A DNA stretch of 63,870 bases, filler included, from Octopus bimaculoides (taxonomy: Eukaryota), in NCBI RefSeq assembly GCF_001194135.2. It is 5 parts of 5 records of this genome, joined end to end, with 100 filler letters (N's around TTAATTAATTAA, not from the genome) between each part and the next. Parts side by side here need not be neighbours in the genome. Positions count along the whole stretch, not along the records: positions 49,596 to 59,775 come from NC_068983.1; positions 59,876 to 61,936 come from NW_026411748.1; positions 62,037 to 63,870 come from NW_026297199.1; 2 more parts are not named here. One strand, written 5' to 3'. Both the position numbers and the translations under genes were made by a program. The notes beneath the pieces are model-generated. The model saw nothing but the letters and a program-made list of their open reading frames with translations, did no database searches and had not been told where the DNA came from. Of this stretch, positions 50,690 to 62,870 are shown one piece after another. Every line of letters begins with the position of its first letter. Within the stretch, counting starts at the first letter, position 1.

Positions 50690-51520
50690 AAACCTAGAAG
50701 CAAGAGGCCTGAGAATAAACAGTGAAGACTTTAGGAAGCAGGAAAGCAGACGGGACTGATGCAACCAAGGAAATGACAGTACTCAATATGAAGTAAATGA
50801 GCAGTTATGAAACTCTATATGGTGTACACAATGTAAACTATAGGTGCACAACATGAGCAGAGAGATAACTGGCAAGCTGATAAAGAAAAAAATTTTGTGC
50901 ATGGCCAATGCATCAAAAGTAGTTAGTACCCTTGAAATACTTCTTTTGGATGCTCAGAAAGCACTATTTAAGTAGTTGATAGATTCTTATACATGGGTGA
51001 GCTAATCATCAGTGAAAGAAAGTTGCTCTGAGTGCATATTAACCAGAATAAGAATGGTGGAAAAACTTCTGGCAGCTGTTTTCTCTGTGGACTACAAACA
51101 AATTCTCTCGTCAAGCAATAGGTAGATTATACGATGCTTCCACATTAAGTGTGATGTTGCATCATAGGGAGACATGGATGTTGAGTACAGAGGATGTGCA
51201 CAGGCTGGAAGTGAGCATGCTTCACTAGATTTGTAACATTAGTATGCATAAATGATGAGGCATGGGCACGTTGACAGAAAACCTAAATATAAGGGAAATC
51301 ACATATAGTGTACAAGAGGCAAAATATATGAAGTGCTAGGCTATCGAAGTGGAAGAAAAATGAAGAAAAGATAGACCAAAGGAGACATAGGCAGAACTGG
51401 GGAAAGCTGATCTCAGGAATTTGAACCTCATGTAGGAGATGACAAGTGGTGAGACACCACTATATTGGAGAGAACCCACCTACTGCATATAAGCATGAGA
51501 AAACAGACAACAACATAGAG
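50690..51520 (+). mobile_element. RTE LINE 3' coding fragment, decayed
   Basis: ARGLRIN, DRFLYMGELII, GRLYDA, ETWMLSTEDVHRLE, GKADLRNLNL..EMT. Confidence 0.7.
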
Positions 51521-51944
51521 GTAGAGAAGGAGGAGGAGATAATAGTGGTGATTCTAACTCTTCTTCTCATTATTAAGGCAGCAAAGTGGGCTCAATAAAA
51601 TAGGTAAAATAATTACCCCTAAAATTGCTGGCTTCATGCCAATATGTATGTATATATGTATACTGTTGATATCATTAGAATTTAGAAACTTTGAGGGAAC
51701 ATGAAATAATTCTTTTTTTAAAACTTTTCAACTCAAAGCAAATAAAGCTACAAATAACAGTGTGTAGATATTGGGTTAAAAAACCTTTTAGATCAAAAAA
51801 GTCAAAGCAGCTTTAGACTTTATTTAAAGGGTTTTTTAATTCATTATTTACAGCTTTATTTACTTTGAGTTGAACTGTCCCCAAAAAGAATGTGTTTATA
51901 TGTATATATGCGTACACATGTGTGTGTCTATATACATATATATA

Positions 51945-52545
51945 CACTGCGTCTCACATTATTAGGTAAATCAACCTTCTCTTAATAAATAAATGTATAT
52001 AGGTTCAAAACCAGTTGTTTTCCCACTGACTGTTGACAACACTTATCTGCACACATTCTGTTAAAATAAATTGGATCTGCACAGATGAAAACAAACAACA
52101 GCCATTGTTGTGTAGCAGCAACATTTCTGCTGTCCCAAATTATTAGGCAGGTGCCCAATTTAAGTGTCATTATGGGTCAGAAACGTGATCTTACCTTGAA
52201 TGAGAAGTCTACCATTGTGTCAGAGCTTGGAAAAGGAAAAACAACCATAGAAATATCAAAAATACTGGGAAGAGATCACTGAATAGTGAAGAAATTTGTG
52301 CAGTCTCCTATTTCTGTCTGGTTGAGGGCAGATAAGAGTAAGTCGAGGGTTGCTTCGAATCATACTTTGTCACGTGTGAAAAGGGAAGTTGTGCGGAATC
52401 CATGTCTGACAAGTAGAGAAGTCTTCAAACATTGTGGTAGGGAAGATGTATAAAAAATTACCAGGTGTCTCCACTTGAAGCAGGTAGCCAGGAGTGTTAA
52501 ACCTGTTATAAGGCCCCCTCTGAACTGATGCAGAAGTATCAGGAA
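51945..52545 (+). mobile_element. Tc1-like transposon 5' fragment
   Basis: TA then cactgcgtctcacattattagg terminus; ATG at 52172 gives MGQKRDLTLNEKSTIVSELGKGKTTIEISKILGRDH*IVKKFV..RPPLN (paired-like HTH). No DDE domain or right TIR seen. Confidence 0.8.
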
Positions 52546-53959
52546 GACAATAAATGTGTTCTTTAACAGCACCAAGACTTTTTTTGCTAATATATGTTTT
52601 AATTTGCAATGGACAAAAAAAGATTTAACTTCTGCAAAAGCTTTTTGCAATAACTTCATCAAATAACTGTTCAATATTTACTTGCTTTCCAATCTTTTGG
52701 TTGATCTTAATTACAGACTGCTCAGTAATAGGCCAAGATATGTCTCCAGAATTTTTATTACATTCCTAAGTAGAAATGTAATACTAAATAATGAAAAGTA
52801 GCATTTTAGCATTTTTCCAATTTGACACATCTATAGAAATTGTCATAAAATTTGCTAACCATTGGTGCCATTACATTTAAAATTTTGGCTTCACATTTTG
52901 TCACTGCAAGACAGAACTTTGGCTCAAAATGTTTTGAGATTAACTTTGACAAACAGTAGGGTGTCTTGAAACCCAATTTATGAAAAACTAACTAAAAACA
53001 AGAGACTTCTTTCAAGGCAATAAGAAGTTCCAGTTCAATTACTTCCAACTTTTTACAAGAGTATCTAATCGTGATGCACTAACTACAAAACTCATTTTGT
53101 GCTTTTAAGATTTCAAATGACCTTTAATATCTGACCTACCTCCGTGCACTACAGTGATCTCTGCAAAACAGTGACCACATTTTACTATCAGAAAAAAGCT
53201 TTTTTAGAAAAAATCCAGCATTTTTCTGTGTTTTAGTAAAGGCTGAGTAAAAGATAAAAAAACAAAACTACAGTGAGAGAGTTATGTCAGTCAGCTGTCA
53301 GTGTCCAATTGTACAGACACCTCTAGCAATTTTGGTGAATTGTCTGTGGAACAAGTTGAATCATCTAAATTCTGCAGTCTGTCTCTATTTCTCATGTAAA
53401 ACATCTTATAAAAGGCCTAATATTATTATTCATTAATGTGTAAACGAGTCAGAGTTCAGAGACTTCTATTATTTCTCTCAGTCTATGAAAATTTACTGTC
53501 ACCAGCTGGTTTTTCTATGGGTCACCTATTTTTTCCCAGTTGAAATAATGATTTTGAATATCATGGTTCATGTGTATGAGTGAAGAAGAAGGTTTTAGTC
53601 TCAAATCCTGGTTTGGTTATTGTTACAGGAGTCTGATAATCTACTAAGAAGACTAATTGGCATCAATACTAATGACTTTTCTAACAAACAGGATTTTAAA
53701 AAATCATAGCAAATAAACTTTTTCAGATTCCCAAAGATGTGAGACATAATTCCAAACGTGCTGGCATACCAGGGCAACATTAATAAACCAGGACAGTCCC
53801 GACAAGCTAGGCTGTATGATAACTAATATATCATCATAATTTTAACTTTGATATTTTTCCCAACACCTTGAATTTTTCTTACTCTCTCTGTCTCCCCACT
53901 ACTATAAGAGTGACTAAAGGTACAGCTTACATAGAACCAAATTCAACTAAAGGTCTATC

Positions 53960-55075
53960 CTCTTATATCACTCCCTAGTGGTCTTTTGCTTTCCAGAAGT
54001 TGGCAAAAGCAAAGTTGTTGCTCTAGAATTTAGCAAAGTCTGTTCCTGGCATGCAAATCTATCAAAACCTATGTGCTCCATCCACCTCTCATCTGTTGGA
54101 TCAATAGCATCCTTTCAGTGCCCCACTGGCATGTGCTGACAGAGTTCTTACTGCCCTATTCTCAGCCAACTGGTGTTTCTCAGGATTTAGATTTTGTCCC
54201 CACTTTCTTCTTTCTATACATCAATGATCCTGCTTCCATATCCAACAATGCCCACTCTTATGCAGATTATTCAACCCTTCATTCTTCTCAATCTTTCCCT
54301 GACCATGTATCATCCGCACACACTCTACACACCACATATCAAACCAGAACTTTCCATGAATGAACAACTTGAAGATATCGTCCAATGAGGCCGTGCCAAC
54401 CTTGTCTCTTTTAACAAGTAAACTCAAGCACTACTCATATAAAGAAAATATCACCACACTACACCAGACACCTTCTGAAAATGTACTGCATTCAGCTAAG
54501 GCCCTTGAAATCACCCCAAATTCTAGTCCTCACCATCACTGAAAATCTGTCTGATGAAAGCATACATTTAGAAGAGCTAGGACTGCATCCAGTAGGTATT
54601 TCAGCCCCTAATAGCTGCTGAGATTCTACAAGGCCCAAATGGAGTACTGCTCCCACATCTGAAACTGTTATGTTACAGTCATCTTGGACCACATCCAGAG
54701 AAGGGCCACTCAAGTGACATTTACTAATGGACACATTTCAGCCTCTGACACACAGTCATACGGTTTCCTCTCTCTGCCTTTTCTACCACTACTATAAGCC
54801 TGCTCCTACTAAGAACTAATTTCATACCTTCCCTACTCAAATATCACTGACTCACTGCTCATGCTTCTTATGTCCAGCCCAATCAGTCTTGCACTAACCA
54901 CTATGCCCTATCCTCTCTTCTCAGATGATCAGCCATTTGGAATCTCCCTGCTCCACTGCATTTTGAAACAAGAACCGAAACATGCAAATATATCAACAAT
55001 AAAATATCATTTCTGCTGCAAACTTCAACCACACACAACCACTCTTACATCCCAACAGTCTTAATATAGTCAAAG
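53960..55075 (+). mobile_element. CR1/Jockey-supergroup LINE RT fragment, decayed
   Basis: ALEFSK..WH, CWINSILS, TGVSQ..PTFFFLYIND, HSYADYSTLHSS. Confidence 0.75.
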
Positions 55076-55911
55076 AAGTTTTGTAAACATGTGTATTACA
55101 TGTGTGTGTGTGCATGAGGGAGTGGAGGCATGTTTATGTATACATGTAATACATGTGTACAGAAATACTGACAGTCTTGAGGAATGTTGTATTAGTTAAA
55201 GTGGGAAGAGGTGAGTATGTTTTCATTTTTTTATTTGCAATTAATTAATTTCTAACAGTTGGAAATAGAATGGAACAGACTAACATACTGTGCAGCCTGT
55301 ATGTTCTTTAGGTAATTGAAAACAATAACACATTCTACACAATTTCCACACACAACATATACTCCACACAATCACTGTAATACCAATTACCAACCAAAAA
55401 TACTAACACCACTCAACAAAATGAGAACTCACATTGTACACTCAATCAAAAAAAAGACTAAACTCTAAAATAACATCAGAAACAAATAAACACCCACAAA
55501 ATAGCAAAACTGATGTATACAAACACAATTCTACATCAGAAGATGATGCTGCACACACCTTAGGAACACAAAGATGCATTTGGTGGTGTGGCAGAAACTT
55601 GCATACAACAGTTGAAAACAACTACAAAAATCTGTAAAAAACAAGTCAAGACAATAGACCATATAATTTCATGGTGCACCACCATGCCTCCAGTTGAATA
55701 TAAAGCTAAGCCTAATCAAGTTGGTCAATACATTTACTAGACACTATGCAAACATTAGGGTACAGGTCATGTAAAAAAAACTTGTATGAAAACCATCACC
55801 TACCAGTAGTTGTAGCAAAAATGCAACAATTTGATGGTGTTTTACACTACATACTGACTGCACCATAAATGCCAATTAGCCTGATATTATTTGTTATTTT
55901 CATTTATTTAT

Positions 55912-56142
55912 TTTACTTGTTTCAGTCATTTGACTGCAGCCATGCTGGAGCACTGCTTTAAAGGGTTTTAATCGAAGAAATCGATCCCAAGACTTATTCT
56001 CTGTAAGCCAAGTACTTATTCTATCAGTCTCTCTTGCCAAATCACTAAGTTATGGAGACATAAACACACCAGCATCAGTTGTCAAGCAAAGGCAGGGGGA
56101 CAAATACAGACACACATACACAGATATATACATACATACATA
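55912..56142 (-). mobile_element. SINE family A 3' half, cut at its microsatellite by the RTE insertion
   Basis: ttttacttgtttcagtcatttgactgcagccatgctggagc..gacaaatacagac(ATAC)n. Confidence 0.88.
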
Positions 56143-57292
56143 CATCTGCAAAGTTGAGATCTTCTAGAGCTTCTGCATCCATCCATTCAATGCCTGTTTG
56201 GCTTTCAATAATAGTTTCCTTCATAATCCAATCTATAACTAGTAGAAATAAAAAGGGAGAAAGTATACAGCCCTATCAAACTCCTGTTTTTACTTCAAAT
56301 TTATCCGTAGCTCCGTTGCCATGCAAGACTCGGCATGACATTCCTTGGTAAGTTGCTCTTGTCTGGTATGCCATAGTGCTGCATAATTTTCCCTAAGACC
56401 TTCCCTATCTACACTATCAAAGGCTTTTTCGAAATCAATAAAATTAATATAATGCGGTGCATTCCACTCTGCACTTTGCTCTGAGATGATGCGAAGAGTG
56501 GTGATTTGATCTACACATGAACGGTTCTTCCTAAATCCGGCTTGCTCTTTATGCAACAATTTGTCAACTGCTGTCCTCATCTCGACTTTGCAGATGATAT
56601 AGCGCTACTTTCACAAACATAAAGCCAAATGCAAAATAAAACGTCAAAATTAGTAGCAATAGCTGCCAAACTAGGATTGAAAGTCAACTGCGACAAATCA
56701 AAAATTATGCCCGTTAATGAAGAAAACAGTGAACATATTAGACTAGAAACCGGTGAACTAGAGGATGTAGCCAAATTTACGTATTTAGGTAGTAAGATAA
56801 CGTTCTCAGGCGGCACCGACGAAGATATTAAGATGAGAATAAGTAAGGCAAGGACCACTTTTCACCTGTTAAAAAAAGTATGGAGCACAAGTGTAATTTC
56901 AATAAAGAACAAAATAAGAATTTTTAACACTAATGTAAAAGCGGTGTTATTGTATGGGGCTGAGACATGGCGAACAACAGTTAAGTCAAATAAGCAAATA
57001 CAATCATTCAACAGATGCTTGCGTAGTATACTTAAAATTAGATGGCCTGAACACATAAGCAATATGGAGCTATGGCAAAGAACAAATCAAGTTTCGATTA
57101 GGGAGCAAATATTTAAGAAAAAGTGGAAGTGGATTGGTAGCACAATTAGAAAAGACACACCAAATGTAGCGAAAAGTGCTCTCCAGTGGAATCCGGATGG
57201 ATTTAGAAAGAAAGGTAGGCCTAAGTACTTGTGGCGTAGATCAACACAAAAGGAACTAAAGAAAGGGGGACATTCATGGCAGAGTATGTGAA
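56143..57292. mobile_element. RTE LINE with inverted 5' segment
   Basis: Minus 56580 to 56143: EQAGFRKNRSCVDQI, FIDFEKAFDSVDR, GCILSPFLF, EDLNFAD. Plus 56579 to 57292: LDFADDIALL, FTYLGS, VLLYGAETW, KWKWIG, RKKGRPK. Confidence 0.95.
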
Positions 57293-57965
57293 TCCATGAT
57301 GGAGAGCGAGGCCAAAGAAGGAGATGTTAGAGAGGGAGTGGTTAACCAAGCGGAAGTGACGGGTGACAGGGGTGTACAAACGTAGCCGAACATCCCTTAG
57401 ATGTTTGGTGAACTGGTCAGCCCATCTGACTAACATATAGTTTACCACAGAGATTGCATCTAATACAGTATATGAGGCTACAAGAGGTGCAAGAGAAGGA
57501 AGAGTTTGCTGATTAGAACCAGTGAGAGAAGTGGTGTTGATGATGAAGGGGCAGGTGTTGCAGAGGGATCTAGAGCACGGGAAGGATTCGGGTGGGGTAG
57601 AGGGAGAAGAGGAGAAGGTGCTACAGACCAGAAGATTGCGTAGGTTCCGGGTGCATTTAAAGGAGGACACGAGTGGGTTGGGGAAAATGGGGCGGTGGTG
57701 GGATCGAGCTGGAGACGATGGAAGGCCCATAGAATCCTCCGACAAAGGAGTAGAGTGGAGGGGTGGAAAAGGAGGGGAAAGGGGTGCGGTTAGGGGGTTA
57801 GTGAGGGAAAGGGGTGCGGTTAGGGGGTTAGTGAGGGGAAGGAGAAAGGGCGGTGGTGTGATCAATTCGACGAGTGCGGGCAAGGGCGTTTTGGACAAAG
57901 GTTGAGGGGTATCCTCAATGCCTGAACAGGTGGGCAAGGCACTGGGACTGGCTCTCAAAATCCTG
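57293..57965 (-). mobile_element. Penelope-like element, thumb/linker plus GIY-YIG endonuclease, decayed
   Basis: IFPNPLVSSFKCTRNLRNLLV, FPCSRSLCNTCPFI, then after a frameshift LIYCIRCNLCGKLYVSQMG, FTKHLRDVR, PVTRHF. Confidence 0.88.
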
Positions 57966-58604
57966 GTCCTGGCTGCACAAGCGTCAGAGGTGGAGGAACT
58001 GGGAGTAGGGGATATGCACACATATATATACACACGCACACACATGCAGATAAACCAACACATACCTCCCATACACACACACAGCACACACTCATACATA
58101 CATGCACGCAATTATACATACATGTACACACACACACGCACACACACAGAGTAAAGTACAATTACTCCACAGACACAACCTCACGTATACACACACGCAC
58201 ACTGGAAACAAAACACGCACATTACATATACATATACACACCCACACACATACTTCAAACTACCAGTACCTTTCTACTGACCATTCTCCTATGCACATGT
58301 GTAGGTAGACACACAACAGGCAGCCGCTCCTACCAAAATTCTTACTATAAATTCTTCCTATGACCTTAAACGATACTATGTCCAACAACACACATACATA
58401 AACAGCAACAACCACACATACACATTCTATCATTACACACACACACAGACTTGCGCGCACACACATACCTCCTTCTCTTGCACTTTCCTGTCTTTGAAAA
58501 GAACTTTTTCTCCACCCTTTCCCTTCCAGTCATTTCAATATGTGACCGCGTGTATATTGTTGGCGATCTTCTATCTCTGTCTTCCTTTCTTTGAACTTTT
58601 TCTA

Positions 58605-58639
58605 TATTTCTGATGAAGAGCTCCGCTCGAAATGTGAAA
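58605..58639 (+). ncRNA. Hammerhead ribozyme motif, decayed
   Basis: auuu-CUGAUGA-A-GAGC(UCC)GCUC-GAAA-UGU-G-aaau; G at position 17 is non-cleavable. Confidence 0.65.
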
Positions 58640-58753
58640 TCCTCTTTCTTTTCTTCCCATTCCTGAGCATCCAATAACACTGTACTTATTCCACGTCCTC
58701 GCGTTGTTGTTTTTTCGTGTCTTTTCTTGCTTGTTCATGTTTGGATTGTGTAG

Positions 58754-59136
58754 AGGTGCAATGGCCCTGTGGTTAGGGCAGCGGACTCGCAGTCATAGGA
58801 TCGCGGTTTCGATTCCCAGACCGGGCGTTGTGAGTGTTTATTGAGTGAAAACACCTAAAGCCCCACGAGGCTCCAGCAGGGGATGGTGGCGAACCCTGGT
58901 GTATTCTTCCACCACAACTTTCTCTCACTCTTACTTCCTGTTTCTGTTGTGCTTGTAATTCAAAGGGTCAGCCTTATCACACTGTGTCATGCTGAATATC
59001 CCCGAGAACTACGTTAAGGGTACACGTGTCTGTGGAGTGCTCAGCCACTTGCACGTTAATTTCACAAGCAGGCTGTTCCGTTAATCAGCTCAACTGGAAC
59101 CCTCGACGTCGTAAGCGAAGGAGTGCCAACAACAAC
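58754..59136 (+). mobile_element. SINE family D, full length
   Basis: ggtgcaatggccctgtggttagggcagcggactcg..ggagtgcc(aac)n. Confidence 0.92.
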
Positions 59137-59199
59137 ATGTTTGGATTGAGTATATACCACATGCTCACACGGACCCCGGCCTTCTGACTGACTTTGGAG

Positions 59200-59230
<31 letters not shown>

Positions 59231-60488
59231 CATATATATCAGGGACGTTCACTCTCAGACATGCAAGCTATGCACTGTATGTCCTGTTATTTTTATCCAT
59301 ATCATCGGAAAATTAGATAAAATAGTTACTTTCTTGCAAAGAAAAATCCGTCCAGTTGTTTTCGAAATATTCTGTCTCCCCTTCCTCTCTCTCAGTGACT
59401 AGTACTTTTGCTTTGAGAAGGCATGCTTTGAGGATCCCGCATATAGACACTCCCTAACTCCCTATCTATGTTAGTTTGTCCTTCCTTCCTCTCTCTCTCT
59501 CTCTCTCTCTTAGTGACCTGTCAAAAGATATGCTAAGACCGATAGCATATATATTTTGTACCCTCTTCCTCTCTATGTCAGTGATTCCACAAATTTATCA
59601 TAGGAAGTCATGCTTTGTGGTTCTACTTTTTGACCGGAAATTGGGCAGTTCTCAAGAACTGCTATAATTAGCCATAATTCTTGGAACAGCCTGGCGGTAA
59701 GTTTGAATTTTTTATCCAAAACATTTGTTTGCAATATTATATTTTTGGAGTGTTCAGAAAACAAAAATATTTAATNNNNNNNNNNNNNNNNNNNNNNNNN
59801 NNNNNNNNNNNNNNNNNNNTTAATTAATTAANNNNNNNNNNNNNNNNNNNNNNNNNNNNNNNNNNNNNNNNNNNNTATATATATACATATATATTTATAT
59901 ATATATACATATTTATATATACACACATATACATATATATGTTATATTATACATGCATAAATATATATATATATACATACACGCATACATGTACATTTAC
60001 ATACATACACATGCATACACACATACTTACATAGACACACATACATACATACATACATACATACATTCATACATGCAAACTCACACACACACACACACAC
60101 ACACATACATACATACATACATACATACATACATACATACATACATACATGCATACATAACGATTTATATTCTGCCCGTATCTCTTTGAATGAAACATTG
60201 ATAAATTTTCTATGTCCGATAGTCTACGTTGGAAGGTGGTGACAGCGGGTTCAAGTTGACCTTGTAGTGTTTGGCATGCTTTATCCATCCCATAAATCAT
60301 GAGACAATGTTGTTTGAACAGTCTCTGGAATTGTGCAAAGAAGGAGAACGACTGACAGTGCTGCTCTATTATTCAAAGTCTTATAATCCATTTGCTAGAC
60401 AGCGTTTACATCAATGTAGATATATATGTAAGTGTGTGTGTGGGCGATCGAGCGCGCGTATATATTTATGTATATACATATATATGCT

Positions 60489-60529
<41 letters not shown>

Positions 60530-61250
60530 ATGTACATATATATATATATATATNNNNNNNNNNNNNNNNNNNNNNNNNNNNNNNNNNNNNNNNNNNNNNN
60601 NNNNNNNNNNNNNNNNNNNNNNNNNNNNNNNNNNNNNNNNNNNNNNNNNNNNNNNNNNNNNNNNNNNNNNNNNNNNNNNNNNNNNNNNNNNNNNNNNNNN
60701 NNNNNNNNNNNNNNNNNNNNNNNNNNNNNNNNNNNNNNNNNNNNNNNNNNNNNNNNNNNNNNNNNNNNNNNNNNNNNNNNNNNNNNNNNNNNNNNNNNNN
60801 NNNNNNNNNNNNNNNNNNNNNNNNNNNNNNNNNNNNNNNNNNNNNNNNNNNNNNNNNNNNNNNNNNNNNNNNNNNNNNNNNNNNNNNNNNNNNNNNNNNN
60901 NNNNNNNNNNNNNNNNNNNNNNNNNNNNNNNNNNNNNNNNNNNNNNNNNNNNNNNNNNNNNNNNNNNNNNNNNNNNNNNNNNNNNNNNNNNNNNNNNNNN
61001 NNNNNNNNNNNNNNNNNNNNNNNNNNNNNNNNNNNNNNNNNNNNNNNNNNNNNNNNNNNNNNNNNNNNNNNNNNNNNNNNNNNNNNNNNNNNNNNNNNNN
61101 NNNNNNNNNNNNNNNNNNNNNNNNNNNNNNNNNNNNNNNNNNNNNNNNNNNNNNNNNNNNNNNNNNNNNNNNNNNNNNNNNNNNNNNNNNNNNNNNNNNN
61201 NNNNNNNNNNNNNNNNNNNNNNNNNNNNNNNNNNNNNNNNNNNNNNNNNN

Positions 61251-61740
61251 TTTTGGTCGTCTCAAAACCGGGGTCTTTTGCAACAAGGATCTGACATTCA
61301 AAACGAAGCTCATGGTCTATCGGGCTGTTGTTGTATCAACTCTGCTGTACGGGTGCGAAACCTGGACTGTTTACCGTGAGGACATGAAGAAACTAGAGCG
61401 CTTCCATCAATCCAAACTTCGTTCCATCCTGAACATCAACTGGGAAGATCACATCACCAATAACTCTGTGCTTGAAAGATCAGGCCTCCTGAGCATCGAA
61501 GCCTTGATCATTGAACATCGTCTCCGATGGTCAGGTCACGTCCGTCGGATGAATGAACATCGCCTTCCCAAGATCTGTCTCTACGGTGAAGTGTCTGAAG
61601 GAAAACGTCCTCGTGGAGCCCCCTTGAGGCGATACAAGGACCAACTCAAATCAACCTTGAAAAGCACCAACATCGACCCCGCACACTGGGAAGATATCTC
61701 GACAAACAGACCCCTCTGGAGACACACCATCAAAACGAGT
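61251..61740 (+). mobile_element. RTE LINE ORF C-terminus with open reading frame
   Basis: About 163 codons without a stop: KTKLMVYRAVVVSTLLYGCETW, RLRWSGHVRRM, RLPKICLYGE, GKRPRGAPLRRYKD; the 5' part is hidden in the gap. Confidence 0.93.
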
Positions 61741-62099
61741 TCAGCGTTTATATATACGTGTACATATACGTTATGTATATATGCTTGTATGTGTAGCTAT
61801 TATATATACATATATATAAACATATATTTGAGCAGGCATATTCATGTAATATATATGGGATGTCTGTAAGTCGGTGAAAACATACTCACGCACACATACA
61901 CGCGCACACACACATACGCACGCAGATACACACACTNNNNNNNNNNNNNNNNNNNNNNNNNNNNNNNNNNNNNNNNNNNNTTAATTAATTAANNNNNNNN
62001 NNNNNNNNNNNNNNNNNNNNNNNNNNNNNNNNNNNNATATATATATATATATATATATAGGTATATTCGTATGCATATATACACACACACACTTACACG

Positions 62100-62226
62100 T
62101 GCATACTTTATATTTATGTAAACATGTGTATGTATGTATGTATGTATGTATGTATGTATGTATAGAGAAACCGACAGACAGACAGACAGGTAGATAGATA
62201 GATAGGTAGGTAGGTAGGTAGGTAGG

Positions 62227-62266
<40 letters not shown>

Positions 62267-62609
62267 AAGATGTGTGTGAGAGTGTCTGTATGCATGTGCT
62301 TGGTGGGTTGGGGGGGGCATGTGTATATAGAAAAAAGAGATTTTCGATAAGATCTGGAGAGCATCTATTGAATTCCGGATTCTGGAATCGTACCTCTTTT
62401 GATAAAAGACTTCTCTTCCAAACAAAGAATTCTCCATAATAATGGAAGATCTCGTTTAGAACGTGTTTGTATTAAACAGAAAAACCACTACATGTTCAGT
62501 ATTGCCATCTAATGTTCTTTATAATAATGCCTTCAATCACTATTAGTCTGATTTTATGTCGATGTTCGATTCTCTCTCTCTCTCTTTCTCCCTCTCTCTC
62601 TCTCTCTCG

Positions 62610-62661
<52 letters not shown>

Positions 62662-62739
62662 CTTTCTCCCCTTTCGCACTTTTCTCTCCTTCCACTCTCT
62701 CTCTCGGTCTGCCTTCCTTTCGCCAGATATTTATGCACA

Positions 62740-62787
<48 letters not shown>

Positions 62788-62870
62788 TTCACACACAAAT
62801 ATATATAAGTATATATATATAATATATGTATATGTGTGTATGTGTGTGTGTGTGTGTGTGTGTATGTATC
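62100..62870. repeat. Microsatellite cluster: (TATG)n, (GATA)n, (CT)n, (TA)n, (TG)n
   Basis: Simple tandem runs. Confidence 0.93.

Noticed and set aside
55531-55605. Possible hammerhead relic CAGAAGA..long stem..GAAAC
   Set aside because: Core U4 is A, stem II closure is imperfect, and stems I and III cannot be built; too degenerate to call.
1820-59136. tRNA-like A/B boxes at many positions
   Set aside because: All are SINE heads continuing into SINE bodies; none forms a full cloverleaf tRNA gene.
261-61869. Long ORFs in the supplied track containing X runs or HT/CV/YI/SL/M/V homopolymers
   Set aside because: They are translations of N gaps and microsatellites, not genes.
23634-61992. Four identical TTAATTAATTAA motifs centred in N runs
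   Set aside because: Artificial all-frame-stop scaffold linker, not biological. Adjacency across these joins is unreliable.
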